Numbered from the stretch's first letter, positions 10,573 through 21,368 are shown. The stretch: 64,000 nucleotides of DNA from an uncultured Nitrososphaerota archaeon (GCA_963718895.1 CAVRAG010000004.1:224001-288000), one strand, 5' to 3'. Made by a program: numbers and translations. The notes: generated from the sequence alone by a model not told the origin.

Positions 10573-12477
10573 ATGCGTGAGAATTTTACACATACAATAA
10601 TTCATAAGATAGCTCCATGCAAGTTGCAAGTGACGCTGATTCTGCAAATGAATCGTGAGAGTCCTTCAGATGGCCGTACCGAAGTCCTGACAAATCAGAA
10701 GGAAGCAATTAACAGGGCTCTCGCAATCTTCGCTAGGAGTAGGACCGGGATTGACATCCTGACGGAAGAGTTAACCTCCCCTGAACCAGCTCCGTCGCAA
10801 GAGACAAACAGAGCAGCCGAGGCGTACTTCGACATCAAGAAGAGGGGAGGACGCCTCAGGATCCTGACGAGGATAGACGCGGAGGATGTCGCGTACTGCA
10901 AAGAGCTGATGAAGAGGATAGAGGTTCGTCATCTTGATGATGTAAAGGGGAACTTTGCCGTCAGCGACAGCGAGTACATGTCTTCTCCCGGCAGTGCAGC
11001 CTTCCAGCCCGGAGCCATGGTCATGGTCATCTACAGCAACGCCAAACCCGTGGTCGAGCAGAATAGGGTCGTGTTCGAGTCTCTCTGGAGCAGGGCTGAA
11101 CCGGCGGAAGAGCGAATCAGGGAGATCGAGGAAGGCACCCTTCACCCTAAGATCGAGGTGATACGCGCTCCTCACCAAATCCGAAGGCTGTATCTCGACC
11201 TGATCAAGCAGGCGAAGGCGGAAATCCTGATGATCGTGCCGACCGCCAACGCCTTCCATCGCCAGGCGAGGATAGGGGTGGTCGAGGCTCTGCAGGCAGC
11301 CGCATCTGAACGGGGGGTGAAGGTCAGCATAGTCTCCCCTAACTCTGTTGTTCAGGAGTCACTCGAGACCCTGAGCAAGGCGGTTCAGGCGAAGGTTGGT
11401 GCAAGACTGATCGAACACAGGCGCATTCTGGAAGCCAAGACGCCAATCCCGGTTACCATCCTCATTGTCGACAGGAGAGCCTCTCTCGTCATCGAGCTGA
11501 AGGACGACTCTCAGCGAGACTTTGACAAGGCAAACGATGTTGCCACCTACTCCACCAGGAACTCGACGGTAACGGCGAACGTCAGGTTCTTCGAAAGGAT
11601 GTGGGAGGACGTCGAGCTCAGGGAGAGGGAAGGGGCCGTCCTGGAGAAGGAGAAACGCATCAGGAAGACTGCGGAGCTCCTGCAGGACATACTCTCCCAC
11701 GACATAAGGAACTACAACCAGATATCCAGGACCAGCGCCGAGATGCTTCAGGGCAGCCTCGAAGGGAACGCCAAGGTGCTGAGCGAGGCAACGACGCTCG
11801 TCGACGCAATCATCAAGGAGACGGGTCAGTCGAGCGAGCTCAACCAGAAGGCACAGAGACTGAGAGTGGGCCTGAGCGGTAACCTGAAGGTCCTGAACGA
11901 TGTGAACGGTCTCATAGATGGCATCGTCAAGGCGACCGAAGGCTCGACCAACCTGATCGACAGGGCGAAGAAGCTGGGTCGAGTGATCACGCAGGACGAA
12001 ATCCAACTACGCCCTGTTGACCTCGAAAGCTCGATAAGAAGGTCGATAGCGCTGGTAACAGCATCCCACCCGGACAGGAGGATCAACCCGACCTTCTCGG
12101 TGGAGAAGGGCGCGCAGGTCGTCGCCGATGACATGCTGGAAGAAGTATTCACAAACATACTGTCAAACTCGGTCAACTACACCGAAAAAGACGAGGTGCC
12201 GGTCGAGATCGAGGTGGAGGGAGCGACCCTCGAGGGGAAGCCCGGGACGTACTGGAAGATAATGTTCACCGACCAGGGGAAGGGCATACCGGAGTCGCTA
12301 AAGGAGCAGGTGTTCGCGCGCTACCTGAAGACAGCCAGCGGGACCGGGCTCGGATTGTCCATAGTTTACGCCCTCGCGGTTGAGAGGTATTCCGGTAAAG
12401 TGAAGCTCACGAACAGAGTGGAGGGAGACCACACGAAGGGGACAAGGATAGAACTATGGCTTCCAAGAGTGGCTTGA
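10573..12477 (+). CDS. Cytoplasmic sensor histidine kinase with two TrmB/PLD-like input domains
   Basis: H-box ILSHDIRNYNQ, N-box EVFTNILSNSVNY, G1 DQGKGIP, G2 GTGLGL. Confidence 0.9.
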   Translation: MRENFTHTIIHKIAPCKLQVTLILQMNRESPSDGRTEVLTNQKEAINRALAIFARSRTGIDILTEELTSPEPAPSQETNRAAEAYFDIKKRGGRLRILTRIDAEDVAYCKELMKRIEVRHLDDVKGNFAVSDSEYMSSPGSAAFQPGAMVMVIYSNAKPVVEQNRVVFESLWSRAEPAEERIREIEEGTLHPKIEVIRAPHQIRRLYLDLIKQAKAEILMIVPTANAFHRQARIGVVEALQAAASERGVKVSIVSPNSVVQESLETLSKAVQAKVGARLIEHRRILEAKTPIPVTILIVDRRASLVIELKDDSQRDFDKANDVATYSTRNSTVTANVRFFERMWEDVELREREGAVLEKEKRIRKTAELLQDILSHDIRNYNQISRTSAEMLQGSLEGNAKVLSEATTLVDAIIKETGQSSELNQKAQRLRVGLSGNLKVLNDVNGLIDGIVKATEGSTNLIDRAKKLGRVITQDEIQLRPVDLESSIRRSIALVTASHPDRRINPTFSVEKGAQVVADDMLEEVFTNILSNSVNYTEKDEVPVEIEVEGATLEGKPGTYWKIMFTDQGKGIPESLKEQVFARYLKTASGTGLGLSIVYALAVERYSGKVKLTNRVEGDHTKGTRIELWLPRVA

Positions 12478-12965
12478 CCGTCCCGGAGGCCATCCTTCGG
12501 ACTGGCTCAGGCCTCGCTAGGGCATCGGACGAGCATCCCGATCAATCGGATTCAATCGGACAGCACGTGCAGTCTGGAGAAGCAGCCCAAGGAAAGGGAA
12601 AACTGGTCGCCAGAGGAATCGCGATTGCAGAGGATGAATCAAACCTGTCTTCGCTGTTCTCGATGCTGATAAGGAGCCTTGGATATCGCGTGGAGTTCGT
12701 CGCCGATGATGGGAATCAGATGGTCCACGCCGTACTGGAGGAGGGCATCCATCCAGACCTCATACTCATGGACTACCGAATGCCCGTTATGAATGGCCTG
12801 GAGGCAGCAGCGAAGATAAAGGAGGCGAGGCCCTTAATCAAGATAATCATAGTGACCGCCGACGACTCGGTCAGGGGAGAGGTTACCGCCGCAGGGCTGC
12901 TCTTCATACAGAAGCCCTTCTCGATACAGGCGCTCGCCAAGATTCTCGAGGACGTTCTTCACTAA
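12456..12965 (+). CDS. Stand-alone response regulator receiver (true start probably near 12567)
   Basis: IAIAEDE, PDLILMDYRMPVMNG, VTA, FIQKPF. Confidence 0.9.
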   Translation: MASKSGLTVPEAILRTGSGLARASDEHPDQSDSIGQHVQSGEAAQGKGKLVARGIAIAEDESNLSSLFSMLIRSLGYRVEFVADDGNQMVHAVLEEGIHPDLILMDYRMPVMNGLEAAAKIKEARPLIKIIIVTADDSVRGEVTAAGLLFIQKPFSIQALAKILEDVLH

Positions 12966-13160
12966 TCCGAGGCGCCCGCTGGGGGAAGGCGAACTCGCAT
13001 AGGACCACCGTAGTTCATCACTTGAGCCGTCGAGTCATCTTGCCCAGGCCGCGTCACAGGTTCTCAATGAGGCGTTCAACCTCAGCGACGGAGAGGAGAA
13101 GTTCATCATTGACGCCAAGATGGGTCAAGGGGTATCGAACGAAGACCCTTTGCGGCTAGC

Positions 13161-13502
13161 TTGATATCCCCGGGTTCACCCGTGGGGGTGGCTAGCAAGT
13201 TGGTGTTGGACCCACTGGAGGCATTGATCATCGCCGTCCCTGTGGGAGCCGTGGTCATCGTCGCTTTCTTCGACTGGCTCTACCCGAAGCTGCAGCAAAG
13301 GAGGTACTGGAGGTTCATTGAAGCGTGGACGGCCTTCTGGCTGGCCGCGGGAGTCGTGGGTCTGGTCCTCGGCTCGGTCACGATTGGCATCGGCCTGGTC
13401 ACTGCTCTCGAGTACTTCCTCGTGGCGCAGGTCGCTTCTCTGGCTTTGGCCACCGTTGTCTTCAGGTTGCAGACCCGCCGTCCGTCCCCGAAATCTCCTT
13501 AG
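13161..13502 (+). CDS. Small integral membrane protein
   Basis: Three hydrophobic segments. Confidence 0.5.
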   Translation: MISPGSPVGVASKLVLDPLEALIIAVPVGAVVIVAFFDWLYPKLQQRRYWRFIEAWTAFWLAAGVVGLVLGSVTIGIGLVTALEYFLVAQVASLALATVVFRLQTRRPSPKSP

Positions 13503-13774
13503 TTGGGGCTTCTGCTCCTGCGCTGAAGCAGGAAAGCCCAGAGTCGGACTCTGGGCTGGGAGGGATCCCGACCAAGTCGTGCTGGTCCTGCGTCCATGAA
13601 GTAACCCTCTCCGTCGCCCCCTATCAATTCAGAAAGGTAGTGAGCTGACGAAACATCGCAATCCAGACTTCCAATCTGAGTACGGTGGCCGGACATCACA
13701 CTTTAAGTTCAAATCCCGTGAGTGCAGGGGACGCGTGGAAGCATTCCGCGATGGGGTGCAAGGGCCTGGGGGCT

Positions 13775-13993
13775 CTATGAGCGAGCCTTGCAACTTCTCC
13801 TCGCGAGCACCAGGACAGCTAGGGTCAAAGGCACGAGGACGCCGAATGCGAGAATCTCCGTCCATTCTAAGAGATTGGTCGAGCCTGCCAGGAAGGCCCA
13901 GATGTCAAGCAAAATCAGGGCCACGCCTAAACCCAAAGCGGGCCCACGTAGTCTTTCAGCTCGCCTTTTCCTCCGGATTAGATTAGATACCAT
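13775..13993 (-). CDS. Small two-TM protein
   Basis: Basic N-terminus and two hydrophobic helices; co-oriented with the PadR genes. Confidence 0.4.
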   Translation of the reverse strand: MVSNLIRRKRRAERLRGPALGLGVALILLDIWAFLAGSTNLLEWTEILAFGVLVPLTLAVLVLARRSCKARS

Positions 13994-14005
13994 CTTCCCG
14001 CTGAC

Positions 14006-14338
14006 CTAGCGCCCATAATCCTGATAGCGCGCTCTTGGTGATTCGAAGTACTTCTGCTGAAGATTTTCTAGCCTAGAAAGCAGTTCGAGCCCACGATCGT
14101 TCACAGACATCCGGAGCTCGGCTCCATCGCTAAGGACCTGCACGAAGCCCCTTCCGATGAGAGATTGAGTCATCCGTTCAAGCTCACCCTCTTCGGGCAT
14201 CAAGCCTAGTCCGCCGTAGATTTCATCCATCAGCTCCCACTTGCTCATGGGTTGACTTCGCAGGGCCGACAGGATAATCAGTTGCAGGTTGGCTTTCAAC
14301 AGCTTCGAGCGTATCCTGAACTGCATCCAGTTGATCAT
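14006..14338 (-). CDS. PadR-like wHTH protein
   Basis: LQLIILSALRSQPMSKWELMDEI pattern. Confidence 0.65.
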   Translation of the reverse strand: MINWMQFRIRSKLLKANLQLIILSALRSQPMSKWELMDEIYGGLGLMPEEGELERMTQSLIGRGFVQVLSDGAELRMSVNDRGLELLSRLENLQQKYFESPRARYQDYGR

Positions 14339-14366
14339 GCTACCACCATCGGATGCCTTCTCTGAA

Positions 14367-14732
14367 TCATCGGACGCGCGCTGTGGGAGAGTGTACCACG
14401 CTGAGGCGTAGCTGCATGAGGCCGAGTTCGTCTCTCCACGCCTTGAGCAAGATACGGCCGAGAGGGGTCAATCGTAGGGAGGTTCTTCGTCCGTTCTTCT
14501 CCTTCGTGATTACGCCGCTTTCTTCCATAGCATCGATAACGGGATATACCTGTCCAGGGCTGAGCAGGACCTCAAAGTCGACACAGAGCGTCGCGATGAT
14601 GTCGTAGCCACACACGTCCCGTCTCTCGACGTTGTCCAGTATCAGGTACTCCAGCATGGAATTGACCAGGCCCCGCCTGTACCGCCTCACCATCGATTCC
14701 ACGCCATCGTTCCTTATCGATTCAGTGAGCAT
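14367..14732 (-). CDS. PadR-family regulator
   Basis: LEYLIL...CGYDII...LSPGQVYPVIDAMEESGVI...LTPLG. Confidence 0.8.
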   Translation of the reverse strand: MLTESIRNDGVESMVRRYRRGLVNSMLEYLILDNVERRDVCGYDIIATLCVDFEVLLSPGQVYPVIDAMEESGVITKEKNGRRTSLRLTPLGRILLKAWRDELGLMQLRLSVVHSPTARVR

Positions 14733-14826
14733 TTGTGATTTCTATGATGGAAACGATAACTGCCGGGTAATAAACATTTCACGAAAATAGGAGCGATTAT
14801 TAGGGTATTCGTTAACGGCATCTCCG

Positions 14827-15919
14827 TTGAGCGCGAGAATTGCTGACTTGATTCAGGCAGTCGACCGCATCGGAGTCAAGAACGTCGCTGCCCTGTCACG
14901 CATGACTGGTATGCCCAAGGAGACCATAAGATACACGCTCAAGAGGAGATTTCCCCAGCTTGACCTGAGGGTCGACACAGTGTTCAACGTTGGCGAGCTG
15001 GGACTGCAGAGATACTCTGCAACCGTCAGGTTCGCCCCTAGCGCGCTGCCACACGCCAACTCAATCCTCGACAAGCTCGCGAGCGTAGCGTTCCTGACCT
15101 ATCGCTCTGGGACGCTCCTCGAACCGTTGCACGTCGCGTTGTTCGCTGTGCCAGTGCTCGTAGAAGACCAGTTCCAGTCATTTATGAGAGACCTCGTGGA
15201 CCAAGGAGTCCTGAGCGCCGTGGAGCTCAAGAGGATGGAATGGGCCAGGAACCCAGAGTTGAAGTGCGGCTACTACGACTTCGATTCCGGGCGCTGGAAT
15301 ATCGACTGGAGGGAGGTCGGGACAAATCTCGAGGCCCCTCCTTCTCCGGCCGTCGTGGACCAGCCGCGCCCGAGACCCGTCATCGACCAGACCGATCTAC
15401 TTCTAATCAAGGAACTCGAGGCAGGCTCGCTGAGGCACCTTACGGAAGATCTCCAAGAAACTCAAGATTAACCCGGTGACGCTCAGGTGGCACTACAGGA
15501 AGCACATCCCCCCGTTCATCTCCCATTACAGGGTGCATTGGATCCCGGCGCGCGGCGGGAACACGGCCAAGGTCGCAGAGGTCTCCTTCGGCTTCAGCCA
15601 ACTGACCAGGTCACAACTCGGGAAGATCAGACTCCTCTTCAACAACTTTCCCTTTGCTTGGTACGAGGCCGGTTCGCACGACGGAAGCTACAGAGCGGAC
15701 CTTGCGATTCCAACAGAGGAACTGATTCTTTCGCTAGAGTTCCTGAACGCCAGATTGGGGGAGATATCTCTCCCGCCGTGGAAGAGTTACCTCCTCGATC
15801 TCCCAACAGGCATGCACTATACCGTGCCCTTTGAGAACTTCAGCGACGAAAGGGGGTGGACGTTCGACCCGGAGACGGCCATGAGCTCGATTCTCTCAGT
15901 CGCGAAAGCGGGAGGGTGA
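14827..15919 (+). CDS. Archaeal duplicated-HTH Lrp/AsnC-like regulator, frameshifted near 15450
   Basis: N-terminal HTH (NVAALSRMTGMPKETIRY); second HTH IDQTDLLLIKELE..ISKKLKINPVTLRWHYRKH spans ORFs 14827..15471 and 15476..15919. Confidence 0.6.
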
Positions 15920-16526
15920 GGCCTTCAGACTATCAGGTCGGCCCGCCCGGCCCTATCGGATCTCCGCTGAGGACGCCGATGTGGGGTGCCTGCATCCCGT
16001 GAGTCGCGAGCACGATCGCGACCACTCCGAACAGGACGGGAACCCACAGGTAGAGGTTGTTCCGTAGCGATATTCTCATGACCGCGGGGTGCGGCGAGGA
16101 ATATTAGCACACTATTCAGAACAAAGTTACTGAATTCGTAAGGTCTGAGCGGTCGGATTGTGGCTGTCCTAGAGGAATGCGGTGGTCGAAACTCTATGGT
16201 GCTGGTTCAGTTGGTTGAACTTCTCGATACAAACATCCAAGCACAGCTGGTTGGGAATACACCAATTCGGAACCTAAGCTCATCTCCTTTGCAGCCAAGT
16301 CAGTTGTAAGTTCGAAGTCCGAAAGCATGCCTTCACGCGTTCGTAATCTGCAGGCTGCCCTGAGCATCATTGGAGTAGAATCTAAGTCCCGTTCCGCTCA
16401 CACCATTTGAAGAAAGCAACCTCTGAGCTTCTTGAACGAGGCGCGAAGGAACGTACAGGTAGAACGGTACTTTCAGCCCAGCGTAGCTCCTCCATTGCTG
16501 GACGTGGTCCTGGGCGCTTTAGGTAA

Positions 16527-17543
16527 TCAGTTGTCGCTTCGCTGTCTTGTAGGTAGCAGAGCTAACCTGCCCAGATGGTGTGAGCCTACCGCATGGTAGG
16601 CGTCGACTGCCTGACCAAGCGTGAAGGTCTTGCCAACATACACCTCGAACGCGCCGGCTTCGATCAGTTTGTTGAGTTTGATTACCAAAGCTCGATCCAT
16701 GCCCCCCATGTAGCCATGCAGACGAACGTTTGAGGGGGCTCTCGGGGGTGGCCTAATACTGTCTGTCCAGGGATATGCCACACGCCCACCTTCGCGCATG
16801 GTGGTGAGAGCGCTTTCAGCTGCCTCGACCGCCCCTTCAGCCTGCCCTCGAACTGTTATCAGGGCCGCATCGAAACCATCCGGGGCGAACTCTCGAGCCG
16901 GAGCGCCTATGTCTCCGCCATGTCCATCCACGGCAGCCTCAGCTCCCAACCTTCGAGCAAGAGCTACGCCGTCCTCCCCCGAGGCTATGGCAAACACCCT
17001 GGCCCCGAGTCGCTTGCCAAGTTGGATGGCCAGGTGCCCCAAACCGCCGCTCGCGCCGAAGACCATCAGTTTTTCGCCCTTCTTCAGATTCAGAGTGTCG
17101 TCCAGCCCTCGCAGGGCGGTACCTCCATCGACGAGCAGGGCCCCCGCCTGTTCGACCGTTATTGTCGAGGGAATCGGCCACGCCTGGTCCGCGTTTAGGG
17201 CCGTATATTCAGCGTAGAATCCTGCCTTTGGATTTGTCCCCCACACATGGCCGTAAACCAGGTCTCCCTTCCTAAACCCGGTGACCTTCTCTCCGACCGC
17301 TACGATCTTGCCCGCACCTTCCGAGCCAAGCACCCATGGGAACTTGGGCTGGATACCGAGCCTCGCCACAAGCATTCCCTCTCGTTCTGCAACATCCCAT
17401 ACACCTATTCCTGCGGACTCGACCTGGACAAGGATTTGATTTGGCCCGACTTCCGGCACAGGGACATTTCTAACCGAAAGAGCCTCAGGACCGCCGAAAC
17501 TGTCTATTGTTACCGCGCGCATCTCGTCTTTGGGCATGGCCAA
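16527..17543 (-). CDS. NADP-dependent oxidoreductase (MDR/quinone reductase family)
   Basis: MRAV.IDSFGGPE, PWVLGSEGAG, GFYAEY, GASGGLG nucleotide-binding motif. Confidence 0.9.
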   Translation of the reverse strand: MAMPKDEMRAVTIDSFGGPEALSVRNVPVPEVGPNQILVQVESAGIGVWDVAEREGMLVARLGIQPKFPWVLGSEGAGKIVAVGEKVTGFRKGDLVYGHVWGTNPKAGFYAEYTALNADQAWPIPSTITVEQAGALLVDGGTALRGLDDTLNLKKGEKLMVFGASGGLGHLAIQLGKRLGARVFAIASGEDGVALARRLGAEAAVDGHGGDIGAPAREFAPDGFDAALITVRGQAEGAVEAAESALTTMREGGRVAYPWTDSIRPPPRAPSNVRLHGYMGGMDRALVIKLNKLIEAGAFEVYVGKTFTLGQAVDAYHAVGSHHLGRLALLPTRQRSDN

Positions 17544-17569
17544 TCGTTAATATCTAAACTATTTAAGTC

Positions 17570-18109
17570 TTGATTATCAGTCGTCATACGGTATACGTCT
17601 TAACCAGCGATAGCCTAACTATTTATATCGTAAACAACCACTTGCGCCCTGTGCCCGCGCGAGGGGAAACGGCCGACATATATCAGGCAGCCTACAACGC
17701 CATCATTGCGACGTCCAAAGCGATGAGGCACGCTACCCTGAGACTCTTCGTCGATGAGGGAATGACGGACTCTCAGTTCCTGGCGCTCGGGCTGCTCGTG
17801 AGCAACGGGTCCATGCTGATGAGGAAGATGAGTGACGAGATGCTCGTTACTCCCGCCAATGTTACGGGTATAGTCGACCGGCTGGAGGAAAGGAGATTGG
17901 CTAGGAGAGCGCCCGTCAAGGGAGACAGAAGAGCGACCGCAATTGAAATTACCGCCGACGGAAAGGCTCTGTACGAGAGGGTTGCTGTAAAGAAAGCAGC
18001 CATGGTTCAGAAAGCCCTTGCGACGTTCACAAAGGACGAACTGATGACCCTGCATGGCCTCCTCGAAAAATTCCAAAGGGAAATGTCCCGCTCAATCGGC
18101 GAGCGCTAG
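17570..18109 (+). CDS. MarR-family regulator
   Basis: GMTDSQF, TPANVTGIVDRLEE, GDRRA..IEITADG; divergent from the oxidoreductase. Confidence 0.9.
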   Translation: MIISRHTVYVLTSDSLTIYIVNNHLRPVPARGETADIYQAAYNAIIATSKAMRHATLRLFVDEGMTDSQFLALGLLVSNGSMLMRKMSDEMLVTPANVTGIVDRLEERRLARRAPVKGDRRATAIEITADGKALYERVAVKKAAMVQKALATFTKDELMTLHGLLEKFQREMSRSIGER

Positions 18110-18197
18110 GATTATTCCTGACGGTTGGTTCAAAATCCATCGAGCGAAAGTATCCTAGTCGAAGCTCACCGGCCCCAACCGATTTCTCGATTCCCTT

Positions 18198-18291
18198 TAG
18201 GTCCGAGATCATGGTCCGGTACGCTTCCATCAAAGGAAGACTGACGCCCATGTATTCGACGGTGCTCTTGTCTGCTTCCTCATCGACGCCC
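18198..18291 (-). pseudogene. Diverged fragment of the 3' end of the Cas1-fusion gene
   Basis: Translates GVDEEADKSTVEYMGVSLPLMEAYRTMISDL versus GVGEEADKSMVEYKGVKLPLMEAYRTTVSDL at about 33140-33234. Confidence 0.85.
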
Positions 18292-18368
18292 GAAACAGGA
18301 TATCCGATACCGAAGAGAGAGACGACCGCAGTAGCAAGCCGGCATACGCCGCCGATGCGCAGGTGAAG

Positions 18369-18665
18369 CTACCATTGGCGCTGTGCGACGACTTCTGCTT
18401 TCTCGGACGAGTTGTTATCGTCGAGAGAAATCACGTCGTTTATCTCTTCCAGCGTGCCCATGAACTGAAGGCCCTTGGCGGTCAACCTGTAGATGCCCGT
18501 CCCTTCTTCGTACGTGAGAAGCTCCTTTGACTGTAAGAAAGAGAGGTATTCCTTGACCTGGGAGTAGGAGATGTATGCGCCGTACATGATCCTGGTCTTG
18601 GTCGCGCCGTTGTTCGCGCACTGCAGTATCAGGCCTATGATCTCGGACCTGCTGCGATACTTCAC
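18369..18665 (-). CDS. wHTH (HTH_45-like) protein
   Basis: MKYRSRSEII..IL..GATKTRIMYGAYISYSQVKEYL..YRLTAKG. Confidence 0.85.
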   Translation of the reverse strand: MKYRSRSEIIGLILQCANNGATKTRIMYGAYISYSQVKEYLSFLQSKELLTYEEGTGIYRLTAKGLQFMGTLEEINDVISLDDNNSSEKAEVVAQRQW

Positions 18666-19057
18666 GGCATTTAGAGAGGTATTCTCCTATTTAGCGCTTC
18701 ATAACATTGTTCTAGTCTCGGTCTTGTTGCGTCGGTTTGGATGATGCTGCTTGGCAGCAAGTTGACGCCTCGCAGGCAAAGGAGCCTGCGATGGGGAGGT
18801 GCAGATTAGATGGGAATGATGGATGACGCCTACGACTGGTAGGAGCGGCCACAATCGTGGTAATCGGCCTCTTCATCATCGCGGAGCTGGTTGTCAGTCT
18901 TGTTGCGCAAAAACGGCCTGTTTGGAGACCTGTTGATCGGTGGAGGCGAACTGGCAGCTATAGTCGCGGCGGCAAAGGAAATCTTCAATCGGTAACTTAC
19001 GACAGTCGACAGAACCGTTCGGACAAAGGCGTATATCACGTGGCCCGGCAATAGATT

Positions 19058-19387
19058 GTGAGCTCGTTGAAGCGAAGGGCGAAGCTGGTCTTGAGCCTGG
19101 CCGGGGCGCTCGTCATCCTAGGTCTCTTCCTGCTCCCGGTGGTACCCATCTCGGTCGCCTCTGTCGTCACACTGGACTGCGGCACTCCCTCTGGGCCGAT
19201 CAGCTGTACGTCGTACTATCCCCTTCAGGGAGGATCCGTCTCAGCTTCGGTGATGTACGCATACTTCGGTGTGGGCGCGGTCCAGATCCCGAGCGCGAGC
19301 GGACACACGTACTGCCTGATGTACGACAGCCCTGGTACCATGTGCGGCTTCGCCATGGAGCAGATGAGCTACGAGCCCCATGGCTGA
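19058..19387 (+). CDS. Small variable-loop membrane protein, family member 3
   Basis: SASVMYAYFGVGAVQI..GHTYCLMYDSPGTMCG; promoter motif at 19017. Confidence 0.7.
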   Translation: MSSLKRRAKLVLSLAGALVILGLFLLPVVPISVASVVTLDCGTPSGPISCTSYYPLQGGSVSASVMYAYFGVGAVQIPSASGHTYCLMYDSPGTMCGFAMEQMSYEPHG

Positions 19388-19931
19388 CGCTCCCGACCTC
19401 AAGAGGAGGCGCAGAAGGATCGTCCTCGCTTCCGCGCTTGTCCTCGTCATCGCTGCAGCGGGCCTAGGAATCTACGTGTTTGAGCAAGCGACATGTTCGT
19501 GGGCCTGTGGAGGCATCCCGAGCCCGGTGATCCAGAGCGCCCAGGCGAGCACTTCGCTGGCAGAGAGCAGCTGCCAGTTCGGGAGAGCGACCGACATCTC
19601 GTGGAACGTGGTGTGCGCCGTCTATGCCAATGGGGGAGACTCTGGTATGGTCACCCTGACCGTGGCCGATCACGGACCGGGAGACGCAGGTTCTGACATC
19701 GACTTTCTCGTGTATTCCTCCGAGCCGCAGTACATCAACTTCACTGCGATTCCCGCCTGCGCCCACACGACAGCTCCCCCTTTGAATGACGAAGCCCCCT
19801 GCCCTGTCTCCGGCAGCTCGCCCCAGGCCTTCCAGTTCGCCTTCGCCACGGCCCAGAGCTATGGCGCCTCTTCTCTCAGGGAACTGGTCAGCGTCACCAT
19901 TGTGATGTACCAGACTTGCTGCTTTCCCTAG
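19380..19931 (+). CDS. Membrane-anchored Cys-rich extracellular protein
   Basis: KRRRRR plus TM helix, 8 Cys; overlaps the upstream gene. Confidence 0.6.
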   Translation: MADAPDLKRRRRRIVLASALVLVIAAAGLGIYVFEQATCSWACGGIPSPVIQSAQASTSLAESSCQFGRATDISWNVVCAVYANGGDSGMVTLTVADHGPGDAGSDIDFLVYSSEPQYINFTAIPACAHTTAPPLNDEAPCPVSGSSPQAFQFAFATAQSYGASSLRELVSVTIVMYQTCCFP

Positions 19932-20125
19932 GCTAGCGGAACTCTCTGCGATATGAGAAGTATGATGCTTTCAGCAGGACAGACCCGAACAAGGTAGCAA
20001 GCATCCCGGCGACGAAGGCTGACAAGCCGCTTGCAGCCCTGTGGGCGGTGGGCAGGCCCAGAAGAGGAAAGGCTCCAAAGATGCCTAATCATCAAGTATG
20101 TACTAGGCAGTTCTCGTTTCAGTAA

Positions 20126-20632
20126 TCATGGCACCGTGACCGTCGTTGTGGTGGTGGTTATGGTCGTCTGGCAACCTGTCACGGTCACCGTGGAGCCGTA
20201 GTTTGTTGCTGTTGAAGTTGCAGTCGTCGTTACGGTGACTGTGCCTTGCGTTGTCTCCGCCACCGTCTGGAAGATAGTTTCGGTAGTCGTAGTGCTGCAT
20301 TCTGTCGTCGTGGTGGTTCCTGCAGGATAGTTGACTGTAGACGTTACAATAACGGTTTCAGTCTCCACTCCCTGTTGAGTACTCGAAACAACCGACGGTG
20401 TCGTGGAGCCTGGAGTTGTAATGGTGTAGGTGATGGTGGGGGCGGGCCCCGTCGTTACGGTGATGGAAGGTCCAGTTGTAGTAGTTATTGACCCAGTTAT
20501 TGACGATGTGCTGTTCGTAGTCTTGGGATTCGTCGAACTCGGGAAGGCAGAGATTGCGAGAATCCCCACCATTGCTGCAAGAAGCACTCCCACAACGACC
20601 ATCCTTCCGATCTCCTTCTTGTACTCAGACAA
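20126..20632 (-). CDS. Membrane-anchored Thr-rich protein
   Basis: N-terminal TM followed by mostly Thr/Val, two Cys. Confidence 0.6.
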   Translation of the reverse strand: MSEYKKEIGRMVVVGVLLAAMVGILAISAFPSSTNPKTTNSTSSITGSITTTTGPSITVTTGPAPTITYTITTPGSTTPSVVSSTQQGVETETVIVTSTVNYPAGTTTTTECSTTTTETIFQTVAETTQGTVTVTTTATSTATNYGSTVTVTGCQTTITTTTTTVTVP

Positions 20633-20759
20633 ATCGAGTCACATCAGCCTATGTATGGGCAGGCTGACTATACATTGCTACGTCTTAGGAGGGTACTTCT
20701 CATCCTTACTAACGTGTAGTAATATATCCTCGAAACACGAATGAATACCGACGCGATTC

Positions 20760-21197
20760 ATGGCGGAGATAGCCCCTAGCGATGCAAGTAGGGACTCTGA
20801 CGCATACCTGAAAGGTACGACCTACAGAGTTTACCGCTACTTGCTCAAGCAGGCGGGGCCGGTGGGAATCTCCGACGTGCAGAGGGGGATGAATCTCAGT
20901 TCTCCCTCAGTCGCTCAGTACCACATCAGGAAACTCCTGCGGCTCGGCCTCATCCGAGAGGAGCAGGAAGGGTACGTCATAGACAAGATGGTGTTAGAGA
21001 ATGTCATTAGGATAAGGAGGATCTCAATCCCCACGCAGACGGCATACCTAGCCTTCTTTGGCGTCACATTCTTCGTTCTGTTGGTCTTTCTCAGACCCGC
21101 GACGATAAACTCGCTCTATTTCTTTGCGGTTGTCGTAAATGTCGCCGCACTTGCAGTGTCGTTGTATGAAGTGGGCAAGACATTGAAGCGGCTGTAG
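20760..21197 (+). CDS. wHTH regulator with two C-terminal TM helices
   Basis: Paralog of 7366..7848 (GTTYRVYRY..LSSPSVAQYHIRKL..ENVIRIRR..QTAY). Confidence 0.75.
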   Translation: MAEIAPSDASRDSDAYLKGTTYRVYRYLLKQAGPVGISDVQRGMNLSSPSVAQYHIRKLLRLGLIREEQEGYVIDKMVLENVIRIRRISIPTQTAYLAFFGVTFFVLLVFLRPATINSLYFFAVVVNVAALAVSLYEVGKTLKRL

Positions 21198-21368
21198 AAG
21201 AACACCTAGGAAGAGATGTCCAGTGGGCTATCGGTTGCCTTTTGCCACATTTGGTATGACGGCCAGCGAATGTATTCTACCCTCCTAGGCTTGCTTGCAT
21301 GTCCAACTGGCATACAGTGGGTGTTCGGACAAAGGTGTATTACAATGGGGACGGCTAATGCGACTGAC

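Noticed and set aside
15920-16520. ncRNA or gene in the 600-bp gap
   Set aside because: No recognisable motif, structure or convincing ORF.
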